A program made the translations under genes and the position numbers. DNA of 64,000 bases from Eledone cirrhosa (lineage: Eukaryota), in contig OZ024751.1 in assembly GCA_964016885.1 (NCBI GenBank), forward strand, positions 50,344,001 to 50,408,000, in the 5' to 3' direction. Below, one piece after another: positions 1-13,004 of this stretch. The notes beneath the pieces were generated by a model, which worked only from the letters and a program-made list of their open reading frames with translations, was not told where the DNA came from and searched no databases. Positions within the stretch are counted from its first letter, which is position 1, and each line of letters starts with the position of its first letter.

Positions 1-599
1 CTGATTCTATAGAAAACTTAGAGTTGAAGATATAGGTTAGGTGAGGTATAGTTCTTGTGGAATATGGAAACATCTAAATATTACTTTTATTTAATTAAAA
101 CTTATTCTGTAGATGACTTACAGTTGAAGTTAGACGTTAGGTGGAAATATCTAAATATTAATGTTTATTTAACTAAATCAGATTCCATAGATTTGTTGAA
201 GATAGACGTTAGATGAGGTGTAGTTTTTGTGGAATTTGGCTATTAGAAATAGCAGGATGAACTGACAGGTAGTGACTCCATTGTCGAAGGAATATTACGT
301 GTATTTTGATAAACCAAGATATTCAGGATGAATAACTATTTCCAATCCAGGGAGTGTTTGATGAGATAAGATTTTCATTTCATATCATGATTGATAACCA
401 ACGAAAATTCTACATACATATAAAATGTTCAAACTGACATGGTAACCACACACACAAACACACACAAATATTCACATAGTCTCGTACACACATACACCTA
501 TCAATGTCTCCCTAAAAACTGGTGTCACAATAAAAATGCACAGTAAAGCAGTAATGATGGTGCCACAAAAGCACCCAGTCTTCCTTGCAAAGTGGTAGA

Positions 600-845
600 A
601 CCAAAGTAACGATAATATGCTCCCAGTTTACACTATAAAAGAAGGATCGATCGCCTTTTTTCAAATCGGACCGAGGAAACAATGTTTCCGCTGGTCTTTC
701 CAGTGACTAGTACAATCTATCGGTCGCAACTACAGGTAGAAAGAGCAACGTGAAATATAGTGTCTCGCCCAGTCCAGGAATCGAACTCACAACCTCAAGT
801 TTGTGAATCCAATTCTCTAACCACTCAGCCACACACCTTCACTAG
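600..845 (-). mobile_element. tRNA-derived SINE, degenerate
   Basis: Minus strand reads GGTGTGTGGCTGAGTGGTTAGAG (A box) ... GAGTTCGATTCC (B box); similar to 42760-42975 and 53378-53480. Boundaries approximate. Confidence 0.6.
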
Positions 846-1100
846 TAAGTAGTTGATATTAGGAAGGGTTATTCTTCATTTCACGAACCAAACCCAAACC
901 GCCATTGATTCCATAGAAGTCGTCACGGTGTTGTCTAACATGTCCTTCAGCATCACCAACAGTGATGTATTTCAAATACCATAGAACTCAAAACATTCAA
1001 CCATTAACTGAATAAGCACTCAATACTTGTGGGTAGAGTGTACATTTTATTTTCAAAGCAATGTGGCAGTGACGTCGAAGTATCAGCTTGATTGCTTTAT

Positions 1101-1191
1101 ACTCACACACACACACTCCCTCTCTCTCTCACACACACAGACACACTCTCTCTCACACACACATACCCTCTCTCTCTCATACACACATACC

Positions 1192-1223
<32 letters not shown>

Positions 1224-1301
1224 CTCTTTCGCTCTCTCGCTCTCACGCATACACACTCTCTTTCTCCCTCTCTCTTTCTCACACACACACACACAGAAAC
1301 A

Positions 1302-1368
<67 letters not shown>
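1101..1368. repeat. Compound (CA)n/(CT)n microsatellite followed by (AT)n
   Basis: Seen directly. Confidence 0.95.
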
Positions 1369-1373
<5 letters not shown>

Positions 1374-1534
1374 GAAGCTGAAAGTATCTGGAATTGTAAT
1401 TTTTTTCCTAATTTAAAAGAAATATTTGAACAATCGAGAACTTGAATTTGATACTTTTCTCTAAAATCGTTTCCAGAAATTTTAGGCTTCCAATAATAAT
1501 AACAATAATAATAATAACAATGATAATGATTTCT

Positions 1535-1662
1535 ACAATAAGCACAAGGCCAGAAATTTGGTGGAATGGAAAAGTCGATTAAATCTACCCTAACGCGTGA
1601 CTGGTACTTTATTTTATCGACCCCGTAAGGATGAAAGGCAAAGCTAACCTCGGCGAGATTTT
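1535..1662 (-). mobile_element. 3' part of the abundant SINE family (core CTTTGCCTTTCATCCTTACGGGGTCGATAAAATAAAGTACCAGT)
   Basis: Same core recurs more than ten times in the window; (AAT)n tail adjacent. Confidence 0.8.
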
Positions 1663-1876
1663 TAAAATAATAGTAATTATATATATATATATATATCTTC
1701 ACTATCGCTTCTTTCCCTTGTGGCTTTTTGATAGATAAAAGGCTATGGGCACGCTACGGATAGATATACTGTTTATAATGCGCCGAATATAATGCTGTTT
1801 ATAATGCGCCGAATGACGAAGGGGAACTGTCCATCTCTTGTTTGTGTCGCCTTACCTTCTAACACTATATATATAG

Positions 1877-1912
<36 letters not shown>

Positions 1913-1952
1913 TATATATATATATAGATAGATAGATAGATAGATAGATATA

Positions 1953-3404
1953 TTTCTTTATTAGTCACAGGGGCACAAAAGAAGGGGACAAATACAAAGG
2001 GGGAAGTTTACATACAATAAAAACGTGTAAAATGTTATCACAGATGGAATTTAAAAGTTAGTCGATTTTCCCCAATAGAGGGAGACAGTTTATATGGGTA
2101 ACACATACCCCCGAAAAAAAATGTGCAACCCTCATCTCCAGGAGTACGAAGTGCTTGTACTCCTTTCCTCTCCTCCTCCTTTTCCTCAACCTACAGGCTG
2201 ATATAGAGAGAAGGCCCATTCACTCGGGCCATTCTCGCCACTTTCACCCACCTTTCATAAAACTTGCTGGGGTACAGCACCTCTCTCTCCATCCTGATTC
2301 TTCTTCCAAAGTGGTATTTGAAAAAAAGAATCAGTTGTTGGCCGGAGAGAAAGGTGTCTGACCTCAGCCCTTTCAACCATGTCCACCATACAACCTCTTT
2401 CGCCATAGCTATCACACAAAGGAAAACCGCCTCTCCTTCGTTTTTGAAGGAGGGTGGCGGTTTGATCATGACAATGGACTCGGTGGTCAACTGGATTGGT
2501 CCCACCCGCGACAATAGTCGTTTTACATAGCCCTACAGGTCAGTGACGCCCGGGCAGTGTATGAATGCGTGCGCGACGGTTTCTTCGTCTCGCACGCACC
2601 TCGGACAGATTTTTTTTGCAGGGTCCCTGCCCGGGCGCCCATGTCTGTAGAGCTTGTCTCGAACTGGTAGAGCTCCTCGGTAGCACTGCCAGGCCAGGGA
2701 CTTTTGGAAGTTGTCCATCGGTCCCGGGCGGAAGGTCCTACCGAACAGACTGGCCAGTTCATCTTCCTCTACGCCTAGAGTTTCACCGAGCGCGTCGTCG
2801 CACTTGCTGCGGACCAACCCTCTATAGAATGATGAAGTGGAGTCTCCACTGATCGCCGGGTCCGCCTGCCAGAGGGCTGTGAGCGCCTGAGCACATTCGA
2901 TGTGCCAGTCGCCCATTTTCCTCGGTCTCTGCTTGACCCAGGACTGCAGCTCGGTCAGCGAGACGAGTCGTGGGAAGGCTCGCCTCACGAACGGGGCCCA
3001 CACCGGTTGTCCGGTGAGAAATACGTAGAGATGCCGCAGCCTGAGCGCGTGTTTGCGCATCGTCAACCACGGCAACCCCAGCCCTCCGTTAGAAGGGTGT
3101 TGGAAGCAGATGGACCTTCTCACCAAAGGAGCCCGCCTCTTCCAAAGGAATTCGAAGAGCGCGCGTTCCATTTTGGCGAGCGTTTTGGCTGGACAAGGCA
3201 CGACGGTCAAGCGGTAGTAGATGGCGGACGCTATAAAAGTGTTCGCCACCTCCGCTCGACCTTTCAAGGATAGTTTGCACTCGGCCCACTTCTGGGTGAG
3301 TGCAAACACCTTGGCCGTCACTTCGTTCCAGTTCTTCTCCAGAAGGACTTGTCCCGGTTCAGCTTCGTTCCTGTGAAACTTTCGTATTCCTTCAGTAAGG
3401 TGCC

Positions 3405-3407
<3 letters not shown>
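1953..3407 (-). mobile_element. Tx1-clade LINE copy A, 5'-truncated (ORF2 C-terminus plus 3' UTR), with an internal deletion of about 120 bp near 3341
   Basis: ORFs 2533-3474 and 2191-2514 match the ORF2 C-terminus of copies B and C (GGLGLP, CPRCVRDEETVAHAFIHC). Ends AATAAAGAAA then (TATC)n; (GATA)n on both sides. Confidence 0.9.
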
Positions 3408-3459
<52 letters not shown>

Positions 3460-3673
3460 TTCTTTATTTACCATAAAGGCATAAAAAGAAGGGACAAATA
3501 CAAAGGGGGAGTTTACATAAAACCAAGTAAAAAGGGTATAAAATGAAAATAATCGAAAACAACCTCAAAAGGGAGGGGACGTGATGGGGTTTGCACACAC
3601 CCCCGAAAAAGTGTGCAATCCTTTGCCCGGGGAGCACATGGAGAAGGTGCTCCCCTCTCCTTCACTTCTTTAC

Positions 3674-6600
3674 TCACAGGATGGTATACAGAGAAGGCCC
3701 ATTTACACGAGCCATTCTCGCCACTATCACCCACCTTTCATAAAACTGCCTTTGGCCAAGCACCTCTCTCTCCATTCTTATCCTTCTTCCGAAGTGTAAT
3801 CGGAAGAAGTAGACCAGACTATGGCCAGAGAGGAAGTTGCCTGACCTCAGACCTTTCAATCGTGTCCACCAAACAACCTCTTTCAACATGGCTATTACGC
3901 ACAGAAAAACCGCCTTTGCTTCCTTTGTGAAGAGGGGAGGCGGCTTGATTGTCATCACGGACTTGGCGGTCAATCGAATCGGCGCCACCCGCGACAGCAG
4001 TCGTTCTGCGTAGCCCCACAGATCAGCCACGCCCGGACATTGCACCAATGCGTGCGCAACGGTTTCTTCGTGACGCACGCATCTAGGGCAAATATTTTTC
4101 GAGGGATCCCTGCCCGGGCGCCCGTGTCTGTAGAGCCTCTCTCAAACGGGTAGAGACCCCCGGTAGCACTGCCAGGCCAGTGACTTCTGGAAGTTGTCCA
4201 TTGGTCCCGGGCCGAAAGTCCTACCGAACAGGCTGGCCAGTTCGTCCTCTTCCATGTCCAGCGACTCTCCAAGGGTGTCATCGCCCCTGCTAGCCACCAT
4301 CCCTCTATAGAATGATGAGGTGGATTCTCCACCGATGGCCGGGCCCGCTTGCCAGAGAGCCCTGAGCGCCTTGGCACACTCAGTGTGCCAGTCTCCCAGT
4401 TTTCCGGATCTTTGCTTGACCCAGGACTGCAGCTCGGTGAGCGAGACGAGTCTCGGAAAGGCTCGTTTCACGAACGGAGCCCACACCGGTTGACCAGTGA
4501 GGAATACCTGTAGGTGCCGTAGCCTTAATGCGTGCCTACGCATCATCAACCACGGCATCCCCAGCACACCTTTCGAAGGTTGTTGGAAGCAGATGGATCT
4601 TCTCACCATAGGAGGGCGCTTCTTCCAAAGAAATTGGAAGAGCATGCGTTCCATGGTGGTGAGTGTTTCCTTAGGGCAAGGCACGACAGTCAGGCGGTAG
4701 TAAGTGACGGACGCTATGTAAATGTTCGCCACCTCCGCCCGACCTTTTAGAGACAGCTTACACTTGGCCCATTTCTGGGTTAGTGCAAACACCTTGTTCG
4801 TAATCTCGTCCCAGTTCTTTTCCACCTGGAGGTCCGGTCCAAACCAGACCCCAAGCAACTTCACCGGGCCCTCCGTCCAGTGTCCGACGACACCGTCGGG
4901 AGGCATCGGTCTGCCTCTCCACGTTCCGAGTTGCAGCCCGATGGATTTTTCCCGGTTCAGTTTCGCTCCTGACAACCTTTCGTAATCCTCCAGTAAGGTA
5001 CCGATCGCCTCGATCTCCGAGTCGGTCGATACCATTACTGTTACGTCATCGGCGTAGGCCGACACCGCTTTGCTCAATCCTGGTTCCAGGGGGATACCCT
5101 GCAACAACTCCAACTTCCTCAGTAAAGGCTCGAGAGTCAATACGTACAGAAGGGAGGAGAGAGGGCACCCCTGTCGAATGGATCGTGTGATTTCGAACGG
5201 CTTCGAAAGGTAGCCGTTCACCTTGATCCTAGAACAGATGTGGTTGCTATGTAAGGCAGTGATCCAGCCTCTGAAAACAGGACCAAACCCAGCCGCCGCT
5301 AGCACCGCATCCAGGTAAACATGGTCGACCCTATCGAATGCCTTAGACTGATCCAAGTTGATCAGGGCCCCACCGAAGCCGGGTTTGTTGCCAACCCTCT
5401 CTATGATGTATCGCATGAGGTGGAGGTTATCGTGAATGGACCCTGGATGGGATAGCACATGTCTGCGCATCTCCCACCAGGCCACCCACGACAAGCGCCA
5501 ACCTCTTTGCTAACACCTTGGCCAAAATCTTTAACTCTGTGTTTAGCAGGGTTATGGGCCGAAAATTATTTATACTATCCCCCTTGTTCTCGTCCTTCCT
5601 CACCAGCGAGACTACGCCCTTGGCTACAGAACAAGGAATTCTCCCGTTCTGCTGCCAATTGCAGTAGACCGCTTCGAGGAGTTCGGAGAAGAAGACCGCC
5701 ATTGCTAAATAAAGTTCGTAAGGTATACCATCGAGACCTGGAGATTTGCGTCTGCTGCATTGGCTCAGCGCATCCCCGATCTCATCAGCCGAGATTGGTC
5801 CCTCGCAGGACTCTACCTCTTCGCTCGAGAGACGCGGCAGGCCGTCGAGGTATGGACCGAAATCCACGTCCCCGCCCGGACCCTCGCCTCTCCCGAATAA
5901 TCGGGCAAAATGCCTTTGAAAGGCCTCGCACATCTGCTTAGGCTCCCGGATTACCCGTCCATCCTCGTCTTGCAAAGACCGGATGGTGGATCGATTTCCA
6001 CTCTTAGCTTCTGTCACGCGGGCCCAGCCAACGGCTTTGGCCCCCTCATTACCTAGAGCACGTATTTTACTTCGAATGACGCAGCCTTCGTGCTTTGCAT
6101 CGAAAAACTGGCTCAAGGCCGTCCTCGATGCCAGCACTCTGGCCACATCTTCGCTCTTGATTGCCTCTTCTAATTTACCTGTTAATTCTTTCTCGTTTCT
6201 ATTCCTATCGGCAGCTAACATCTTGCTATAACTTATTGATTCTGTTCTAATCTCTCTTTTGAGAGATGCCCACCATCGGTTGTTGACGATTGCACCCGTT
6301 AACCTCTCCTTAACTAATCTGCTAATCCGGTTTCTGTAAGTCTCTTTTGCCGGTAAAGACAAATTAAGTTTCCAGTAACCTGTTTATGTGTTTTCTCAAG
6401 ATTGACTACGCAGGTCACTAATTTGTGATCCGTATAGCCAACCGTGAGCATTGCTGGACAGCTTAATATGTCCCTATCCTTACTTCTAACTAAGAATATA
6501 TCTAAGTACGATCTAGATTGACCACTGTGGTTCGTCCAAGTCCAGGTTGGCACAGTTGGAAAATCTAGTCGATATCTATCGACCAAGTTAAAACGGTCGA

Positions 6601-7104
6601 GTAACCCCTTTCGGCTGTTACACCCCCCTCTATTAGGACATGCTCCTGCATAGTCCCAACGTGCATCTAGGGTGTCATTCCAATCCCCCGCTAGAAGCAG
6701 GGATCGCGACATTACCAGAAAAGTCTCCAGACGCTGGAAGAAGTCGGGTCGTTCAGCTCCGAAAGGGGAGTAGACGGCGACCAGTCTCAAGGCCGCACAT
6801 TCACTACTGTCAACGTCTAGCACCAACAAACGACCCTCCGGGTCCGAGTGAACAACCTGTACGGCGAGACCCAGGTGTTTTTCCAGCAGTACGACAACCC
6901 CACCCCACCTCCAGGTTGACAGATAGATGCATGCACCTCAAAGTCATCGAAGGTAGGGGCCAGCTGCCGCACGACGCTGATCCGGGTCTCACAGATAACC
7001 ATTACATTTATACCACGTGACCTGAGGTCATTTAGAAGCTTTGCTTGCTTCCAAGTTGAGCCTAGGCCACGTGCATTCAAACATCCTACTCTTAACGCAT
7101 CCAT
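3674..7104 (-). pseudogene. Copy B ORF2 (APE endonuclease + reverse transcriptase), several frameshifts
   Basis: LRVGCLNARGL, GDWN, YTDHKLV (endonuclease); KSPGLDG, NFRPITLLN, DQSKAFDRV, RQGCPLS, YADD (RT), spread over five ORF-track pieces. Confidence 0.9.
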
Positions 7105-9033
7105 GTGGGCGGCAAAGCCAAAGGAGAGTGTAGAGACCTACCTTTCTGCTTCCCGGGGTTCGGGTCGCACGACTTCCATGGGGTCGGGGTGTTGGGTGAA
7201 GGGGTGTCTTGTGGTGGTGTGGGGTCGTCAGTGTGTGGTGGGGTTGGGGTGTTTGGAGTTGTGTTGGGGAGGGGAAGGGGAGGGGGAAAGCTTTTTAGTA
7301 GGACCCGGTTTATGGGTTTGACAGAGGGTGGTCCTACGTCCTCCTTAAAATCCTTTTTTAGTTTTTGATAGAGGTTCATTGGGATCTTTATTAATTTTAA
7401 ATGTGGGTAGTTTTCTGAAGAAACAAAGTTTACACCTTCTGTTTGTACCGAAGGGTTATTGTTTATGAGTTCATTTAATTTATTATTGTTTCTGTTGATG
7501 TAAGTATAGTGTAATGTCTTTTTTTCGGATGGTGTGAGTGTTTCGAAGAGGGGGAGGGGCAGGTTTGGTTTTATTTGTTGCTGGAGGGGTGTTTTGTGTT
7601 TTGTTGGATTGTGTTGACATTTGGGTAGGGGTTGTTTGGTCTTGTGTGTTTTGCACATGTTTTCTTTTTTTCCTTTTAATCTGTCTGAAGGACTCCGTTT
7701 CTTCCTCCGAATTCGTTGGGTTATCTTCAGTGTTGGAGGGAAGAGGTATGTTTGCTGGTAATGTTTCCGTGTTGGTTTTCTTTGTGGGGGAGATGGATGT
7801 CACTATGTTAGACTGTGTTGTGTGTTGTGGCTGCGGTGGTTGTGTTGTTTTATTGAGTGAGGGTTTGGGTGGGATTGTGTTTTGTTTTTGGGTAATGTGT
7901 TGTGACTGTTTGTGTTGTGGTGGTGGTGTAGTTTTACTGAGGGACGGGTTGGGTGGGACTGAGTTTTGTTGTTTGTTTATCTGTTGTGGTGGTGGAGCTG
8001 GTGTTGGTAGCAGGGTTTTCTTCTTGTTGAGTTGGGGACAAGCCGCCTTCAGGTGCCCTCTGCCTGCACAGATATGACAGGATGGTCTACGCGCTAATGT
8101 TTATATACCCGTGGCCCTCTAATAGGATTCTGTCGGGTATTTGGGCAATGCGTTCAGGCTTCATTTGCACTACAAGTTCTATACCTGTTCCACTGAACGC
8201 ATTGCCTGTGGTTTTCCCAATCGAAATCACGTTGTCATTCGCTGGATCGATGAAGCCAGCTATGAGCCAGCAGTAGTCCACATCTGGCATCATCGCATCC
8301 AGCCATATGCGCTGAGTTCTTTTACCCATATAAGATGGATAAAAGGTAAAATTTGTCGAACGAATCGGCGACAAAGCATATTTTTTTGCCGCCGATTCGT
8401 TCTTCATAATAATCGCTAGGCTTCCATACAGTCTGTCTCTTCTTATGAAAGTGGTTTCATTAAGTACTTCTGTATGTACTGCTTTTATTTCTGTTTGTGT
8501 TGGTTGTTGAGGTTTTTTAGAAATGTTGTTGATGGTCCGGAAAACGACCGTCCGACATTCAATGTCTTTGGTGAGTTCTTGAGGCATTTTTACCGATAAA
8601 ATACCATTTTCCCCTTGAGTTATGTATTGTTTGGCGTTTTTAATTCTTTGTGCCACATCTGAAATATTTTCAGGTATATATGTCAAAGATTTCTTTGTTG
8701 TTTGTGCAAATGAAATATTATTGGTGTTGACTTTGTCGTCTGCTTTGCTTTCTGTTATGATGTTGTTTTCAAATGTTATTTTTGTGTTTGTTGTGTCTTT
8801 GTTTGTGGTATTAATATTGTCATGCAATTTTTCAAATTTTTTTTTGTTGTTGGAATCAATGTCCAGATTTGTGTTTTCGTCATTTTTCTCCGCACATTCG
8901 TCTGTTTTTATTTTCTTTTTTCTTTCCTTCTCTATGACGTTAGTTGGGAAGGAAGGGGGGGGACTAAAGCGTGCGAGCTTACAACTCTTACCGCTGTCCC
9001 CCCACCACTATTTTCGTTAGCTTCGTTTAACAT
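7105..9033 (-). pseudogene. Copy B ORF1 (gag-like, CCHC knuckle, Pro/Thr-rich C-terminus), frameshifted near 8087
   Basis: ORF 8087-8827 is homologous to copy C ORF1 (DRLYGSL, FYPSYMG, ELVVQMKPERIAQIP); RRPSCHICAGRGHLKAACP follows in another frame. Start uncertain. Confidence 0.75.
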
Positions 9034-9552
9034 TTCTGTCAGACGATTGAAATTTTATGCCACAAAATTTTTAAAAACAGGTTTTTCACCCTTGGGAGGG
9101 GCGAAGATGAGCTGACCCACCGCCTGACAGTTCAGACGGGGGGTCAAGCTACACAATAGTATCAAAATTAAAATTGAACTTACAAAATTTCCGCAATAAA
9201 TTGGAACAAAACTTCTGCGCGAAGTGAATTACATCTACGCTGTAGAACAGACGACAGCTAGATTAATAGATAGATAGATAGATATGTTTCTTTTATTTGC
9301 CACCAGGGCATCAAAAGTGGGACAAGTACAATGGGGGGAGTTTACAAAACAAGGCGTCCTCAATAAGGAGGAGGCAATAACAATATATAAAAATAAAATA
9401 AAATATAACAAAAAATAAAATTTATAACAAAGTCCTCAATAGAGAGGAGGCGCCTTGGGGGGTCGCATACACCCCCGAAAAAAAGTGTGCAACCCTTTTC
9501 TTCGGGAGCACAGAGAAGGGGTGCTCCCTTGGTCTTTCATCTTCCTCACCTA

Positions 9553-12500
9553 TAGTCTGATGTAGAGTGATGGCCCATTCACACGGGCCATTCTCGTCAC
9601 TTTCACCCATCTTTCATAAAAACGGCTGGGGTGCAGCACCTCTCTCTCCATCCTGATCCTTCTTCCGAAATGATATCGGAAGAAACGGACCAGTTGTTAG
9701 CCAGAGAGGAAGGTGTCTGACCTCAGTCCTTTCAGACGCGTCCACCATACAACCTCTTTCGCCATGGCTATTACGCACAGAAACACCGCCTCTTCTTCGT
9801 TTTTGAAGAGGGGAGGCGGCTTGATCGTTACAATGGACTCGGTGGTCAACCGGATCGGTCCCACCCTTGACAGCTTGTTCGACATAGCCCCACAGATCGG
9901 CAATGCTCGAGCAGTGTACCAATGCGTGTGCAACGGTTTCCTCGTCGCACACGCACCTGGGACAGATCTTTTTCGAGGGGTCCCTACCCGGGCACCCGTG
10001 TCTGTAGAGCCTTTCTCGAACGGGCAGAGCCCTTCTGTAGCATTGCCAGGTCAGGGACCTCTGGAAGTTATCCATGGGTCCCGGGCTGAATGTCCTGCCG
10101 AACAGGTTGGCCAGTTCCTCTTCCCCCATGCCTAGGGCTTCTCCGAGAGCGTCGTCGCACCTGCTAACCACCAGCCCTCTATAGAATGACGAGGTGGATT
10201 CTCCACTGACAGCCGGGTCCGCGTGCCAGAGAGCCGTGAGCGCCTGGGCACACTCGGTGTGCCAGTCTCCCAGTTTTCTCGGTCTTTGCTTGACCCAGGA
10301 TTGCAGCTCGGTGAGTGAGACGAGTCTGGGAAAGGCTCGCCTCACAAACGGGGCCCACACCGGTTGACCGGAGAGGAATACCTGAAGGTGCCGTAGCCTT
10401 AATGCGTTTTTACGTATCATCAGCCACGACATCCCCAGCCCTCCTTTCGAAGGGTGTTGACAGCAGATGGATCTCCTCACCATAGGAGCCCGCTTCTTCC
10501 AAAGGAATTGGAAGAGTGCGCGCTCCATTTTGGCGAACGTTTCCCTTGGGCAAGGCACAACGGTCAGGCGGTAGTAGATGACGGACGCTATATAAGTGTT
10601 CGCCACCTCCGCCCGACCTTTCAGGGACAGTTTGCACTCGGCCCACTTCTGGCTCAGTGCAAACACCCTGTTCGTTACCTCACCCCAGTTCTTCTCCACC
10701 TGGAGGTCTGGACCGAACCAGACCCCGAGCAACTTCACCGGGCCCTCCGTCCAGCGCCCGACGACGCCATCGGAGGGCATCGATCTGCCCCTCCACGTGC
10801 CGAGTTGCAGACCGATCGACTTGTCCAGGTTCAGCTTAGCCCCTGTAAACCTTTTGTACTCCTCCAGTAAGGTGCCGATCTCCCTGTTTTCCGAGGCCGT
10901 CGACACCATTACTGTTACGTCATCGGCGTAGGCTGACACCGCTTTCCGCAATCCCGGTTCCAACGGGATGCCCTGCAACAACTCCAACTTGCGCAGCAGT
11001 GGCTCTAGAGTCATTACATACAGAAGGGAGGAGAGAGGGCACCCCTGTCGGATGGAGCGCGCGATTTCGAACGGCTCCGAGAGGTAGCCGTTCACCTTGA
11101 CCCTAGAGCAGATGCGGTTGCTGTGCATGGCATTGATCCAGCCCCTGAAAACGGGTCCGAAGCCTGCCGCCGCTAGCACCGCATCCAGGTAACCATGGTC
11201 GACCCTATCGAATGCCTTAGATTGATCCAAGTTGATCAGGGCCCCACCAAAGCCGGGTTCGTTCCCAACCCTCTCTATGATGTATCGCATGAGGTGGAGG
11301 TTGTCGTGGATGGACCTGGACGGGATAGCACATGTCTGCGCATCTCCCACCAGGTTGCCCACGACAAGCGCCAACCTCTTTGCTAGCACCTTGGCCAAAA
11401 TCTGTAACTCTGTATTTAGCAGAGTTATGGGCCTGAAATTATTTATATCGTCCCCCTTATTCTCGTCCTTCCTCACTAGCGTGACTACGCCCTTGGTCAC
11501 AGCACAGGGAATTCTCCCGTTCTGTTGCCAGTTGCAGTAGACCGCCTCGAGGAGATCGGGGAACAAGTCCGGCATAGCTAGATATAGTTCGTATGGAAGA
11601 CCATCGAGACCCGGGGATTTGCGTTTGCCGCATTGGCTCAGCACGTCCTCTATCTCAGCGGCTGAAATCGGCTCCTCGCAGGACTTCGCCTCCCCGTCCG
11701 AGAGACGCGGCAGGCCGTCGAGGTATGGACCGAAATCCACATCCCCAACCGGCTTCCCGCCCCTTCCGAACAATCCGGCAAAGTGCTTTTGAAAAGCCTC
11801 GCACATCTGCTTAGGTTCAAGGATCACCCTTCCATCCTGGTCTCGCAAAGACCGGATAGTGGATCTGCTCCCTCTTTTGGCTTCTGTCACGCGGGCCCAG
11901 CTAATAGCTTTGGTCCCCTCGTTTCCCAGAGCACGTATTTTGCTTCGGACGATGTAGCCTTCGTGTTTCGCGTCGAAGAACTGGCCCAGGGCCGTTCTCG
12001 ACGCTAGCACTCTGGCCACGTCGCCGCTTCTAATTGCCTCTTCTACACTATCTACCAACGCCCTTTACTTCCTATTTCTATTTGAGGCTAACTCCTTACT
12101 AAATTCTATAGAGACTACTCTAATCTCTCTTTTGAGAGATCCCCACCACCTGCTGTTGACGATGGCGCCCGTCAACCGCTCAACTAAAGTGCTAATCCGG
12201 TCCCTGTAAGCCTTACTTGCCGGTAAGGACAAGTTGAGCTTCCAGTAACCGGGTCCCTGTCTATGAGTTCTGTCAAGGTTGACCATGCAGGTCACTAATT
12301 TGTGGTCTGAATAGCCAACCATGCGCATTTTTGGACAACTTAAAAGTCCTTATCCTTAATTCTAACTAAGAACCTATCTAGGTACGACCTAGATGATCCG
12401 CTACGATTTGCCCAAGTCCAGGTTGGTGCAGTCGGAAAATCTAGTCGATATCTATCGGCCAGGTCAAATCGACCGATTAACCCTTTGAGGCTATTACACC

Positions 12501-12980
12501 CCTCTCTATCGGGACAGGCCCCTACGTAGTCCCAGCGTGCATCTAGGATACCATTCCAGTCCCTACTAATAGCAAGGAGCGGGACGTCCCTAGAAAAGTC
12601 TCCAGACGATGGAAGAAGTCCGGCCGCATTGACCCGAAAGGGCCGTAGGCGGCTACCAACCTAAACGCTCCGCCTTTACCACTGCCAAGGTCCAGAACCA
12701 CTAGTCGACCCTCCGGGTCCAAATGTACCATCTGTGTTGCGAGACCCAGATTTTTTTGCAGCAGAACGACAACCCCACCCCCACCTCCGGGCTGACAGAG
12801 AGATGCGTGCATCTCAAAGTCATCAAAGGTGGGGGCCAACTGTCGCACGTTGCTGATCCGGGCCTCGCAAATAACCATCACATCTATACGTTGTGACCTG
12901 AGGTCATTTAGAAGCATTGCTTGCTTCCAAGTTGAGCCCAGGCCACGCGCATTTAAACAGCCTACTCTTAGCATAGCCAT
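9553..12980 (-). pseudogene. Copy C ORF2 (APE + RT + CCHC), disrupted; longest piece 814 aa
   Basis: MLRVGCLNARGL, YSDHKLV, KSPGLDGLP, DQSKAFDRV, RQGCPLS, YADD, CPRCVCDEETVAH. Confidence 0.9.
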
Positions 12981-13004
12981 GTTGGTTGTGAAGAGAAAAG
13001 GCAC

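Larger units (their letters stand above)
3459..9259 (-). mobile_element. Tx1-clade LINE copy B, full length (about 5.8 kb), frameshifted
   Basis: ORF1 with CHICAGRGHLKAAC zinc knuckle, ORF2 with APE-RT-CCHC, 3' AATAAAGAAA(TCTA)n; bounded by (GATA)n at 3405-3458 and 9260-9284. Confidence 0.92.

Noticed and set aside
1769-1815. Tandem duplication of CTGTTTATAATGCGCCGAAT as a regulatory array
   Set aside because: Only two copies; consistent with local slippage in an island between (AT)n tracts.
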